DNA of 63,795 bases, the filler included, from Octopus bimaculoides (taxonomy: Eukaryota): the NCBI RefSeq assembly GCF_001194135.2. It is 5 parts of 5 records of this genome, joined end to end, with 100 filler letters (N's around TTAATTAATTAA, not from the genome) between each part and the next. Parts side by side here need not be neighbours in the genome. Positions count along the whole stretch, not along the records: positions 42,200 to 57,637 come from NC_068982.1; positions 57,738 to 61,876 come from NW_026343866.1; positions 61,977 to 63,795 come from NW_026350151.1; 2 more parts are not named here. One strand, given 5' to 3'. Shown here piece by piece: positions 51,001 to 62,480 of this stretch. The translations under genes were made by a program, and so were the position numbers. Within the stretch, counting starts at the first letter, position 1. Each line of letters opens with the position of its first letter. The notes beneath the pieces were generated by a model, which searched no databases, was not told where the DNA came from, and worked only from the letters and a program-made list of their open reading frames with translations.

Positions 51001-51049
51001 TTATCATTATTATTATTATTGTTATAGTTGTTGTTGTTGTTGTTGTAAA

Positions 51050-51262
51050 GGTGGCGAGCTGGCAGAATCGTTAGGACGCTGGACGAAACGCTTAGCGGTA
51101 TTTCGCCCGTCGCTAGGTTCTGAGCTCAAATTCCGCCGAGGTCGACTTTGCCTTTCATCCTTTCGGGGTTGGTAAAATAAGTACCAGTGAAACACTGGGG
51201 TCGATATAATCGACTAGTCCTCTCCCCCCAAATTTCAGGCCTTGTGCCTATAATAGAAAGGA
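51050..51262 (+). mobile_element. SINE family A, full length, tandem to the previous copy
   Basis: GGTGGCGAGCTGGCAGAATCGTTAG...CCCCCAAATTTCAGGCCTTGTGCCTATAATAGAAAGGA. Confidence 0.9.
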
Positions 51263-52202
51263 TTATTGTTGTTGTTGTTGTTTATGCTTATATTTTCATC
51301 TTTCTTTTATATATATTTCTTGTTCAGCTGATGAATCCACACGCTCTAAAGCCACCATTCCGGTTCGCTACAACACCAAACGGAAGTACTGAAACAAACT
51401 TGAAAACAAACTACCCAAGTATGTATAGATATATGAGTAAGTTTAACCAGCGTGACGTCACAGAAGGAATATATGCTTTGAAGAAAAAGTAAGCCGACAT
51501 ACTACTATCTAGATTGTGTTTGTGAGGCGGTGAGATGTCTGTTGTAATGCATAAGTTTGTTATATTCATTTATTCTTGGCAATGAATGTGGCACTATGTA
51601 AATGTGATTTCTCTGTTTTCGTGTTTGTGTAAACCCAATAAGCTTCTCTGATAGAGATGTCAGCCTAGGTTGCAATGTATAAATAAAAGCCGGATCACTA
51701 AACATAGTCATGACAAATTGAAGAACTCCCCAACTGCTAATGGAACACATAAAGCGAGATAACGGAAGAACAATCGACTACAGTCATAATTCTAAATGCG
51801 GTAAAATGATAAACAAATGGCGAATGAATTAAGCATAACGGCGATAAAGGTAGGACGGGCTTAAGAATAGTAACCAGTGGAATTAACAATCAGTAACTGT
51901 ATAGTGGAGCTGTTAAAAATAGCATAACTCAAACATACCATTATTATAGTCTTTATTCTTTTATTTCAGTCAGTGACCTTCAGCCATGCTGGAGAATCGT
52001 CTTCAATGGTTCAGTGAAAGGAATTAGACAAAACTAAGCCAGTATTTGGTCAATTTTTAAAGCCTCGTAATGATTCTACTGGTTCCTGTTGACGAATCGC
52101 TATAGACATACACACACCAACACTGATTATCAGTTACAATAGAGACTAACACAACGATATGCACACGTGTGCACACATACACACACATGTGTTTACGCAT
52201 GC

Positions 52203-52239
<37 letters not shown>

Positions 52240-52530
52240 GCAAGAGAGTTAGGGAATGAGGATTCAACCCACTAAAGGGTTTTGTAACTAAAATGACAAA
52301 GACCACAATATACAGATGCTTATGACATACCATGTCATATTAACAATCAAGGTTACAAGTATAAAGTATATTTAGCAATTGGAGAATATACAGAAACTTA
52401 CAGCTGTTTCGGCCTAGCGCTGGCATGCCCTATTCTATCCCTATAGCTCCTGCGTGCCGAAGTAATTAGCAGATGAAATGCTGAAATGGGGGTACATGCA
52501 TGATTCTCTAGGACTCTTCTGATTCACAAA
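52240..52530 (-). mobile_element. PLE-like tail with long-loop hammerhead motif (52393-52525)
   Basis: Minus strand CAGAAGA-GTCCTAG...(about 90 nt)...CTAGGCC-GAA-ACAGCTGT-A-AGTTTC; tail runs about 155 nt into (AT)n. Confidence 0.55.
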
Positions 52531-52627
52531 AATTCAACACAAATATAAAGTAAAAAATAAAAATAAATATAAAAATAGAAATAAAAATAAGAATACAGTA
52601 AAAATAAAAATAAAAATAAATGAAAAA

Positions 52628-52669
<42 letters not shown>

Positions 52670-53232
52670 NNNNNNNNNNNNNNNNNNNNNNNNNNNNNNN
52701 NNNNNNNNNNNNNNNNNNNNNNNNNNNNNNNNNNNNNNNNNNNNNNNNNNNNNNNNNNNNNNNNNNNNNNNNNNNNNNNNNNNNNNNNNNNNNNNNNNNN
52801 NNNNNNNNNNNNNNNNNNNNNNNNNNNNNNNNNNNNNNNNNNNNNNNNNNNNNNNNNNNNNNNNNNNNNNNNNNNNNNNNNNNNNNNNNNNNNNNNNNNN
52901 NNNNNNNNNNNNNNNNNNNNNNNNNNNNNNNNNNNNNNNNNNNNNNNNNNNNNNNNNNNNNNNNNNNNNNNNNNNNNNNNNNNNNNNNNNNNNNNNNNNN
53001 NNNNNNNNNNNNNNNNNNNNNNNNNNNNNNNNNNNNNNNNNNNNNNNNNNNNNNNNNNNNNNNNNNNNNNNNNNNNNNNNNNNNNNNNNNNNNNNNNNNN
53101 NNNNNNNNNNNNNNNNNNNNNNNNNNNNNNNNNNNNNNNNNNNNNNNNNNNNNNNNNNNNNNNNNNNNNNNATACACAAGGGTACCCCATTCCATAACTC
53201 TTGTATATATATATATGTATATATATATATAC

Positions 53233-53460
53233 AACTGTTAAAGAGGACAACAGACGTTAAGGCAAGGTAAACATCTCAAGTCATATCGGTTATTATAATT
53301 GGAAAAAATTCAAATTCTTACAGTTGTTTCTGCGATATCTCATGGTCTGAGATATCTCAGAAACAGCTGTAAGAATTTGAATTTTTTCCAATAATAATAA
53401 TAATGTATAAGGCTTGAGATGTTTGCCTTGTCTTAACGTTTGTTGCCCTCTTTAACAATT
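53233..53460. mobile_element. Fold-back (inverted) PLE-like terminus with a hammerhead 3' half in each arm
   Basis: Arms 53233-53342 and 53348-53460 are reverse complements around a 5-nt loop; GAAACAGCTGTA at 53360-53371. Confidence 0.8.
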
Positions 53461-53600
53461 TTACACCCTTTATATCGGAACTCTGTAATGGTTCCATAAC
53501 AACTGTCCCGGCTATAACCTTGGAGTCCTTTACAGCACTTAACTAGCATACCTAATCGTTTAGATCACCTGTGAACTAAACCCCCATATTCTGTGTTGTG

Positions 53601-53647
<47 letters not shown>

Positions 53648-53808
53648 NNNNNNNNNNNNNNNNNNNNNNNNNNNNNNNNNNNNNNNNNNNNNNNNNNNNN
53701 NNNNNNNNNNNNNNNNNNNNNNNNNNNNNNNNNNNNNNNNNNNNNNNNNNNNNNNNNNNNNNNNNNNNNNNNNNNNNNNNNNNNNNNNNNNNNNNNNNNN
53801 NNNNNNNN

Positions 53809-53857
<49 letters not shown>

Positions 53858-53875
53858 TATATATATATATATCTC

Positions 53876-54240
53876 GTGAAGTATATTTTCCACTTAAATG
53901 TGGCTAACCCTTAAGGGTTGATGCTACTCTAGCTTGTAGCCCCAGGAAAACATATCCTCCAGCTGTCTATTGACACACTTTCTGTGCCCTATCAGTATTT
54001 GCAAAGGGAAGTCATCCTTCCCATTTCTAGCCTGACGTGATACACACGGACCCGAATTTCTGGGTATTGACCCGTCATTAGCGTGTGACAACCACCGGTT
54101 GGCGATGTGAAGTGGTTCCCAATGCAAATATATATATACTTTTCCCATCTGCTATAAGATGTACCGCACTCATAGATGAATGCTTGTGTCACCCTATAGC
54201 TTCGTCGGAGCTTCAAACATGAAGTACAGTAATACATTCA
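53876..54240 (-). mobile_element. Possible LINE 3' end remnant
   Basis: Higher-GC segment with fragmented Cys/His-containing translation, ending in (AT)n; clade unassigned. Confidence 0.3.
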
Positions 54241-54535
54241 ATTTAGAAAACACCTAACATCAGTAACATAGTGATTCAAACTCGTGGTTTAGCATTTCTT
54301 CCATTATTTGAATATTGTTTTTGTTTTTTGTTTTACTTCGGACACGGTCCCTAATTTACCAACGCCTGCCCCCCATCTTTATACAATATCTAGAAACGGT
54401 GTTATTTCTTCTTTTGCTTCTCTCACGTATATTTCTTGCTCTCAACAAAGCTTCGTTGAATATTCCTGCCTCTCATCCTTTCGTCTTCCCTTTTACACAA
54501 CGCTTGTTCAATTCTTTTACGCACACACACAAACA

Positions 54536-54578
<43 letters not shown>

Positions 54579-54830
54579 ACACACACTGCCATTCAGTACA
54601 AATACATAGAATGTCAGACACATCGACCGTATCGATCTCATTAAAGGAACCTAATCACTGTTCATCCTTCTATGACTAATTAATTAAAACAATACGTCCA
54701 ATTGATATAAGTACAATCGCATTATTCAGTCTACATGCATTATACTATAATACGGATTTACATATCTGGACATTTATCTATATTATTCTGTCCGTCTCTC
54801 TAACACTATCACGGTTTTCCCAACAAACAT

Positions 54831-54907
<77 letters not shown>

Positions 54908-55465
54908 TGACGTAATATAAATACGTGCAGTTTGAATATAAATGTCAAGATGTCAACCGAATGTAATTTAGAAGGCCACATACTTAAAGTTAAGATGAAA
55001 TTGCTTTCACTTACAGATTCTTTAAATTATTTACTATCTTCGTTTTGTTAACAACTATTACTATTTTATAAACTGTTTTATGGAGAATATTAAACGCGTC
55101 TGTGCAATATTTTACTTTTTGTTTTTACATTTTCATTCACCTTTCGAAGAAACGACAACATTTTTTTTTATGAGCTTTCCTCACTTCCCGTTCTCTAATT
55201 CTTTATACTTTCACATAGTTAGATGCCTAGATAAATATGCCCTCACTTCAACACGCTGAAATATAAATGTCAGAAGCTATCTTTAATCACATCGTCACCA
55301 TCCTCCTTCAAAATGTCAATAATAGACTCACCCCCACCCACAGCATTCAATGTATGACATTAGTGCAGACAATATAATTTCTAGGATCTATTTTTCTCAT
55401 TATGACCTCTACACCACCACACACCCATAATGTACTCTGGAAAATGGCGATTATTAAAGGAAGAA

Positions 55466-55654
55466 GGCGGCGAACTGGTAGAATAAGTGGCGGCTGGACA
55501 TAATGCTTCGAGACATGTCGTACGTTCTGAGTTCAAATCCCGCTGAGCTCGACTTTGCGTTTCGTTCTTTACGGAGTCGCAACAGTAAACAGCAGCTGCG
55601 CACTGGGGTCGATGTAATCGACTTATCCCCTTCATCCAAAATTTTAGGCTTTGT
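55466..55654 (+). mobile_element. SINE family A
   Basis: GGCGGCGAACTGGTAGAA...GAGTTCAAATCCCGC...CACTGGGGTCGATGTAATCGACT. Confidence 0.8.
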
Positions 55655-55690
55655 AATGCTTCACCAAAAACTCCCTCGTTATATCAGAAA

Positions 55691-55884
55691 TATTCTTTTC
55701 TACTCTAGGTACAAGGCCTGAAATTTTTGGTACTTAATTTATCGACTGGTACTTAATTTATCAACTCCGAAAGGATGAAAAGCAAAGTCGACCGCGGCGG
55801 AAATTGAAATCAGAACGTAAAGTCAGGCGAAATACCGCTAAGCATTTCGCTCGGTGTGCTAACGTTTCTGCCAAGCTCGCCGCC
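55691..55884 (-). mobile_element. SINE family A with internal deletion and 19-bp duplication
   Basis: GGTACTTAATTTATCGACT repeated twice; ends GCTCGCCGCC. Confidence 0.85.
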
Positions 55885-55898
55885 TTAATTAATTATAT

Positions 55899-56115
55899 AT
55901 TCTTTTCTACTCTAGGCACAAGGCCCGAAATTTTTGGGGAGGGGGGGCAGTCGATTAGATCGACGCCAGTACACAACTGGTACTTAATTTGTCGATTCCC
56001 GAAAGGATGAAAGGCAAAATCCACCTCGGCAGAATTTGAACTCAGAATGTAAAGACAGACAAAATACTGCTAAACATTTGGCCCGGTGTGCTGACGCTTC
56101 TGCCAGCTCGCTGCC
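55899..56115 (-). mobile_element. SINE family A, full length
   Basis: TCTTTTCTACTCTAGGCACAAGGCCCGAAATTTTTGGGGAGG...TTCTGCCAGCTCGCTGCC. Confidence 0.9.
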
Positions 56116-56284
56116 TTCTTATAACAGAAATATTAAGCACAAGATATAAGAAAGGCCTCAGTTTGTCAAAATCGTTGGAACTTTGTGAAAATACTTGGTG
56201 ATATTGGTTCCATTCAAGTAAATCTCTCATTCCTTGAATGTCAATAAAGTTGTAGTCAGTTGCTGAGGTCGATATAATCGATGC

Positions 56285-56591
56285 AGCCACCCCTCTCTCC
56301 CTCTCTCTCTCTCTCTCTCTCACTCCTTCCCTCCATCACCCTCTCCATCTCTCTTTCTCTCTCTCCTTCTATCCCTCTCCCTCTCTCCTCCTCTCCATTT
56401 TTCTCACTCCCTTTCTCTCCCTCCCTCTCCATCTTTCTATCTCTCCTTTCCTCCCTCTCCCACTCTCTTTCTCTCCATTTCTTTCTCTCACTCTTTCTCC
56501 TTCCTTCCCTCCCTCTTCTCTCTCCCTCTCTATTTTTCTCTCTCTTTCTCTCTTTCTCCTCTCTCTCGTTCACTCCATCTCCCTCTCTCTC

Positions 56592-56631
<40 letters not shown>

Positions 56632-56661
56632 TCTCTCTCTCTCTCTCCCTCTCTCTCCCTC
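56285..56661. repeat. Polypyrimidine (CT-rich) tract of about 375 bp
   Basis: Almost exclusively C/T on the + strand. Confidence 0.9.
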
Positions 56662-56704
56662 TGTGAAATTATCGTAGCTGTGACTGAATTCCTACATTTG
56701 TTAT

Positions 56705-56880
56705 AGGGTGGTGAATGGGCAGAATCGCTAGAGCGACAAACAAAATTATTTTGATTATTTATGTTCTGAGTTCAAATCTTTTCGATATCGACTTTCAGAT
56801 TTTCGAGGTCGATAAAATAAAGTATCATTCAAGTACTCAAGTCGATATTTTCGATTACAACTCTCTCCTATAAAATTCTC
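56705..56880 (+). mobile_element. SINE family A, degenerate
   Basis: GGTGGTGAATGGGCAGAATCG...GTTCTGAGTTCAAAT...GAGGTCGATAAAATAAAGTATCA. Confidence 0.6.
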
Positions 56881-57637
56881 CGTTATACCTAAGTCAGAAA
56901 CCACGTATTCGGTAATTCTTTTTTAACGACATGAACATTGTTTCGTCTATAAAAAGCTCTCTTCAGAGAAATTACGAAACCTTCAAGCTTCCCTAACATA
57001 TACACTGGAAAAACAACAAAAACCCAATGAATAAAACAAGGTTCTCTTGTTTGAAAAATCGAATTTTGATGACATGAAAATGATTGTGATGAAAAACCCA
57101 AAAGGGATAAGCATTAAGTAGCGGATTAATAAAGAATGAAAATTTTTAGAATGAGGGAAAATGGAATTTAAAATATGATAGTTATGTGAAAGACGTTACC
57201 TGAAGTGGAGTTGAATTTAAATTTAGTAACGTAATTGACGTAACAGGAAATGACATTTATCAGCGCAGAGGCAAAACTAACGAAGAAAACAGAGTTGATG
57301 TATTTTGAAATATAATGAAGGAAAACAAGAAAAATATATACGTTTGAAAATGCATACCGGCTGTATGTATAAACATATATATTTATATATATATCTCCAG
57401 ATGTCAGAGGTATATATACGTGTAAATATATGCACAGACACATACATAGACACACACATACGCACACACCTATATATATATATACTTCATAAAAATAATG
57501 AAATAAAGTATAGAAATTAATTGAAATGTAAGACAATATACGATCTCACAAACGCAAAGAAACATATTCACTTGGCACATACACACTCAAATGTCTATAT
57601 ATATGAAGAGAAACATATATATATATATATATATATA

Positions 57638-57737
57638 NNNNNNNNNNNNNNNNNNNNNNNNNNNNNNNNNNNNNNNNNNNNTTAATTAATTAANNNNNNN
57701 NNNNNNNNNNNNNNNNNNNNNNNNNNNNNNNNNNNNN
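57638..57737. other. Artificial scaffold join (44 N + TTAATTAATTAA + 44 N)
   Basis: Same construct as the other joins. Confidence 0.9.
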
Positions 57738-58349
57738 TTATATGTATTGTTCGAATTTCTTTGAAATAGGAAATATATGTATGCTCATTGGGTTTGTAAA
57801 AGAGAGCAAAACTACAGGAAACCAAAAGACGAATGGTCATAATAAGCAGTCAGCTACCCTACCCTAGTCGTTACTACTCCCTATTGTAGAATTCCTCACC
57901 ATACAGGTGACAGGCACAGCCGTAAGATGCATTACGGATCTATAGCAATCGGAAGGGCGTGACCCAACTCAAATAAACATTAACAACTGTGTGACGTGAA
58001 GGCTAAGGGGAAATGAAAGTGTCATCTCTGGAGTTTGCAAATGACCACTATACCGATAGGTAACTGGACAGAATAAATCTACAATCTATAAAAGTCTTTC
58101 AATAACCAATCACTTATCTGGGAAGGCCTTGAAATCAATCTTACCATCGGGGGACTATGTGTGACCCAGTGATAATAAAAAAAACTCAAAGGAGGTCTGC
58201 AACCAAATAACTTTACTGAACACTTTGTAACTGTATCAGTGGAGGCAAAGATGCCTCTCATTTACTCGACAATTTATGAACCACATTGCAGAAATCATAA
58301 TCTAAGTATATCTCAAAGCAAACTCTTACACTCTTGTACCATTTATTAC

Positions 58350-59062
58350 AAATAACGCTCATCTTCTACGCTCGGGTGACGCTTCAAGAGTACAACTGTA
58401 TGCGTCTTTGCTTAGATAAAATAACTAAATTGTGGATGTTACGTCCCCATGAAGGGGTCTTTCTAACTTCTAAGAAGATGAAATTTTAGAAATATTACTT
58501 CATTTGTATGTAATATGTATGGTTAAAATTTCATCAACAGCAAAAATATATGAATTTTCATGGGAGTTATGGCCCTTATGCATAGAATATAATTTCCAAA
58601 TTTCATAAAGATCCATTCAGTACTTTTGTAATAGTTTTGGAACATAAAAAATGACTAAAATTTGGGAGTTAAGGCCCCCATTAGGGAGTGTTAGAATCCT
58701 CATGAGAAGTAGAAACTTTGAGAATACTTCTTGATGTGTGTCAATTACCCATGGTTGAAATTTCATCAACATCAAAAATTTGTGAATTTTCACGGGGGTT
58801 CTGCCACCTTTAAGCCATCTCAAATTCAAACCAAAGCTACTGCATTATACCTGCCCTTATGCATTGAATCTAAGTTCCAAATATCATAAGGATCCATTCA
58901 GTAATTTTGTCCATGAAATTGTATGAAGCACACAGCATTACCCTTCTCCCTAGGTTTGGATTTTTGTGTTCCAAATTTCATTAGGATCGGTGTAGTAGTT
59001 TTCGAATGTATTAGTAACGCATGAACACACATAATGACGTTGACTTTTATATAATAGCTATG
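58350..59062 (+). mobile_element. Probable non-autonomous Helitron-like element with internal tandem duplication
   Basis: Repeated CCAAATTTCATxxxGATCC motifs and a 3' CCAAATTTCATTAGGATCGGTGTAGTAGTTTT...GACTTTTATATAATAG end, recalled from Lep1/DINE-type elements; boundaries approximate. Confidence 0.45.
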
Positions 59063-59444
59063 AATATGCACATATACATACATACATATATGTGTGTGTG
59101 TGTGTATTATATATATATATANNNNNNNNNNNNNNNNNNNNNNNNNNNNNNNNNNNNNNNNNNNNNNNNNNNNNNNNNNNNNNNNNNNNNNNNNNNNNNN
59201 NNNNNNNNNNNNNNNNNNNNNNNNNNNNNNNNNNNNNNNNNNNNNNNNNNNNNNNNNNNNNNNNNNNNNNNNNNNNNNNNNNNNNNNNNNNNNNNNNNNN
59301 NNNNNNNNNNNNNNNNNNNNNNNNNNNNNNNNNNNNNNNNNNNNNNNNNNNNNNNNNNNNNNNNNNNNNNNNNNNNNNNNNNNNNNNNNNNNNNNNNNNN
59401 NNNNNNNNNNNNNNNNNNNNNNNNNNNNNNNNNNNNNNNNNNNN

Positions 59445-59497
<53 letters not shown>

Positions 59498-59520
59498 GTA
59501 TGTCTGTGTATAATACATGT

Positions 59521-59738
59521 TTGTGTGTCTGTGTTTGTCTCCCCCCCCCAACATCACTTGACAACCGATGCTGGTGTGCTTATGTCCCCGTAAGTTAGCA
59601 GTTCGGCAAAAGAGACCGATAGAATAAGTACTAGGCTTCCAAAGAATAAGTCCTGGGGTCGATTTGCTCGACTATAAAGGCGGTGCTCCAGCATGGTCGC
59701 AGTCAAATGACTGAAACAAGTAAAAGAGTAAAAGAGTA
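59521..59738 (+). mobile_element. SINE family B 3' half, low divergence
   Basis: CACTTGACAACCGATGCTGG...AGAGACCGATAGAATAAGTAC...GGCGGTGCTCCAGCATGGTCGCAGTCAAATGACTGAAACAAGTAAAAGAG. Confidence 0.9.
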
Positions 59739-59989
59739 CATATATATAAATAAAAATTTTAAAAAAGGGGTTTGTATGATAGTGTATAGAGGAATATATT
59801 ATTTAAAATAGTTCCAGCTCTGTTTGTTTTTTATGTTTTATTTACATTCTTATAAAATTAATGTGGGATATAGAATATGGAATATATAATATAAATAGTA
59901 AAATGAAATGAAGTATTGAATGTCTTATTGAATATATGAAATATTGAGTATTAAATATATAAGGGCTAGTATACTTTCCTGCTTTATAG

Positions 59990-61240
59990 CAGTCATCAAG
60001 GTCCCGCCTGACAGATGTACAGCCGCCGGCGACATTTTTACATTTAACAATTTGGTGTCCTTACTGCCACCAAGTCCTCGTCCGACAGTTTCTGCTATCC
60101 ATTCGGGCTTAACGCCTGGCGGCAATCCACACACCCACGCACGCTTGCATTTTCTCCCACAATGAGGGGAGAAACAGAATTCTTTCCCCTTCCAGGGGCT
60201 GGCTGGCGAACTTACACGCCATCTCTGGGGTCTCGAACAGCAACTATACATTTGCATATTTGGGACCCCTAGCAATATGCCTTATCATCGGTATTTATTC
60301 CACCAGCTGTTCTTCTATCTCTGGTCTGGAAAAGAGGACAATTGTGTTCAAGGACCTTGAATAAGTCGTTAGAACCACTGTCCTCTCTTTCAAATTTTTC
60401 ACCCATTTTTTGAGTGGGTTGATTTCCCACTCCAAAGTAATGCTATTATTATTTTTTGTTTCCATGTTCACAGTTAACTGTAGAAAAAATTAAAACAAAA
60501 ATGCAAGAAAAACAGTTAAAAATCGCACAGTTAAATGTCCGCTGTCCTCTGGCCTATTCGAACTCCTGGCCAGTCCTGGGTAATCCGATATAGGTAATCC
60601 ACAATATCCAAATAATTTTTCCACAAAATCGATTCTCACTGTATAATTAACAGTATTCAGTACTTGAATGTCCATAAACAGAGACAAAAATCCAGTTACA
60701 AAAGTCTTTGATAAAATATTTTCGTTAGAAAAAATTCTTGCGTTGCGGGATACGCCCCCTAGGGACTTTTCAACAAAACAAACGCAACCAAAGGCGAACA
60801 AAATCGCCCCGAGACCAGTGGAGGTACCTTACTTGGTGAAAAATAATGATAAAATACAAGCAACGAACCCCCACTGTGTCCCAGAAACAAAATTCTACCT
60901 TCAGTCTCTGCTGCTAATATCTTTTCGTAGACTTACTCCACAACAGAGCTAGAAAAAATACAGTTAAAATGTCCACTGTCCTCTGGCCTATTCAAACTCC
61001 TGGCCAGGCCTTGGGAATCCGATATAGGTAATCCACGAGATCCAAATAATTTATCCACAAAATGTGGTGTTGGCTGTATAATTAACATGAATGTCCATAA
61101 ACAGGAACAAAAGTCCATTTACGAAAGTCTTCAGTAAAAAAAATTCTAATTAGAAAAAATTCCTTACGTTGCGGGAGACGCCCCCTAAGAATTTTCAACA
61201 AAATCAACGCAACCAACGGCGAACAAAATTGCCCCGAGAT
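59990..61240 (-). mobile_element. Probable LINE 5' region: duplicated 5' UTR plus decayed ORF1 (ATG at 60465)
   Basis: Minus strand METKNNNSITLEWEINPLKKWVKNLKERTVVLTTYSRSLNT...RAWVCGLPPGVKPEWIAE with stops and frameshifts; two direct repeats of about 280 bp upstream. Confidence 0.5.
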
Positions 61241-61676
61241 TCTAGCTTCTGGTTCCATATTTGGAATACTTCCTGTACTTCGTTGACAGATTCAGATATG
61301 ACAACAAGTTCTCCATCATAAAGAATTATATATTCGACTGATTTACAAGTGGAACATAACAATAGGCAATACTGGATACTTCTATTGGAAGAATTCTGAG
61401 TAGGTAGAATAGAATAATGTTAAATCATTTCTTCAGTGCATTAGCGTTGTATATATATGTATAAGATCCAAGAATCGATGTGTAGGAAGAAGGTGAGCTT
61501 CAAGCAATCTGTAAAAAACATAAAAAGCGACATTCAAGAGCAATAGTGCTTTTTTGAACCGAAAGGTTGTGGATTATTTTCCGTTTCCAAATACGATTTA
61601 CAGAGAAAAATTATTTTATATTTCACGGCACGCAACCAAGGTTGCCGGGTATACGAATAAAAAATACAACAGTTAA

Positions 61677-61852
61677 GGAATGGAGTAGATAATATCCAGG
61701 CTACATATGTTTCATAGCGAGCGGGACCAAGGAATTGCTAAATATCCAAAGGAGGTGTACAGCGGAGGTACATACTTGCATGGACATTTACCTTTTCCAA
61801 GGTTCTGCACGCTATCAAACATATGCAGCCCGGATATTTTCTACTCCATTCC
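61677..61852. mobile_element. TTAA-flanked fold-back MITE (Kolobok-type GG...CC termini)
   Basis: TTAA|GGAATGGAGTAGATAATATCC...GGATATTTTCTACTCCATTCC|TTAA; outer 43 bp of the arms carry 4 mismatches and pairing continues to a 7-nt loop. Confidence 0.8.
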
Positions 61853-61876
61853 TTAACACATGTGTGTATGTATATA

Positions 61877-61976
61877 NNNNNNNNNNNNNNNNNNNNNNNN
61901 NNNNNNNNNNNNNNNNNNNNTTAATTAATTAANNNNNNNNNNNNNNNNNNNNNNNNNNNNNNNNNNNNNNNNNNNN
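61877..61976. other. Artificial scaffold join (44 N + TTAATTAATTAA + 44 N)
   Basis: Same construct as the other joins. Confidence 0.9.
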
Positions 61977-61999
61977 ATATATATAATGTGTGTGTGTGT

Positions 62000-62298
62000 A
62001 CGATGGTAGTCTCTCGTTGTTCGAGAAAGATGTTTCTACAATTTCTTGCTCTATGACCTGCACAAATGATTTGTTTATAGCGATCAAACGTATGTGCTGT
62101 ACGTTAGTTCATTCCTTCCATCAAATCGACGTTGCTTGAACAGGTACACGGTGTCCCACAAGTCAGGTGTCGAAGTGATTGCAGAGTAATGTAAGACAAA
62201 GTGTTTTGCTCAAGAACACAACGCTTTGCCCGGTCCAACAATTGAAACCATGAGCTCGCGATTGTCAGTGTAACACCCTAACCACTTGACCATGCGTC
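62000..62298 (-). mobile_element. SINE with family C-like head and a third tail type
   Basis: Minus strand GCATGGTCAAGTGGTTAGGGTGTT...GGTTTCAATT...GTGTTCTTGAGCAAAACACTTTG. Confidence 0.7.
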
Positions 62299-62386
62299 TT
62301 CATATACACACACATATATATAAAATAATAAAAGGAAGATACAGGGTTTAAACTGGCATATGTTAATTTATTAACATAATATTAAT

Positions 62387-62480
62387 AATCCCTACAATTG
62401 TTTCGATTCAAACTCAAAACCAATAAATTTATAAAAATTCATATTTTGAAATCATTTCGAGTAAAAATCTCGTCAGGGTA
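62387..62480 (-). ncRNA. Type-I hammerhead ribozyme motif with a fully canonical core
   Basis: TACC-CTGACGA-GATTTTTACTC...GAGTTTGAATC-GAA-ACAATTGT-A-GGGA: CUGACGA, G10.1-C11.1, GAAA, palindromic stem III, GUA site; stem I weak. Confidence 0.7.

Noticed and set aside
619-59598. Long ORFs in the supplied track that are dominated by X
   Set aside because: They are frames running through N gaps and flanking dinucleotide repeats, with no coding information.
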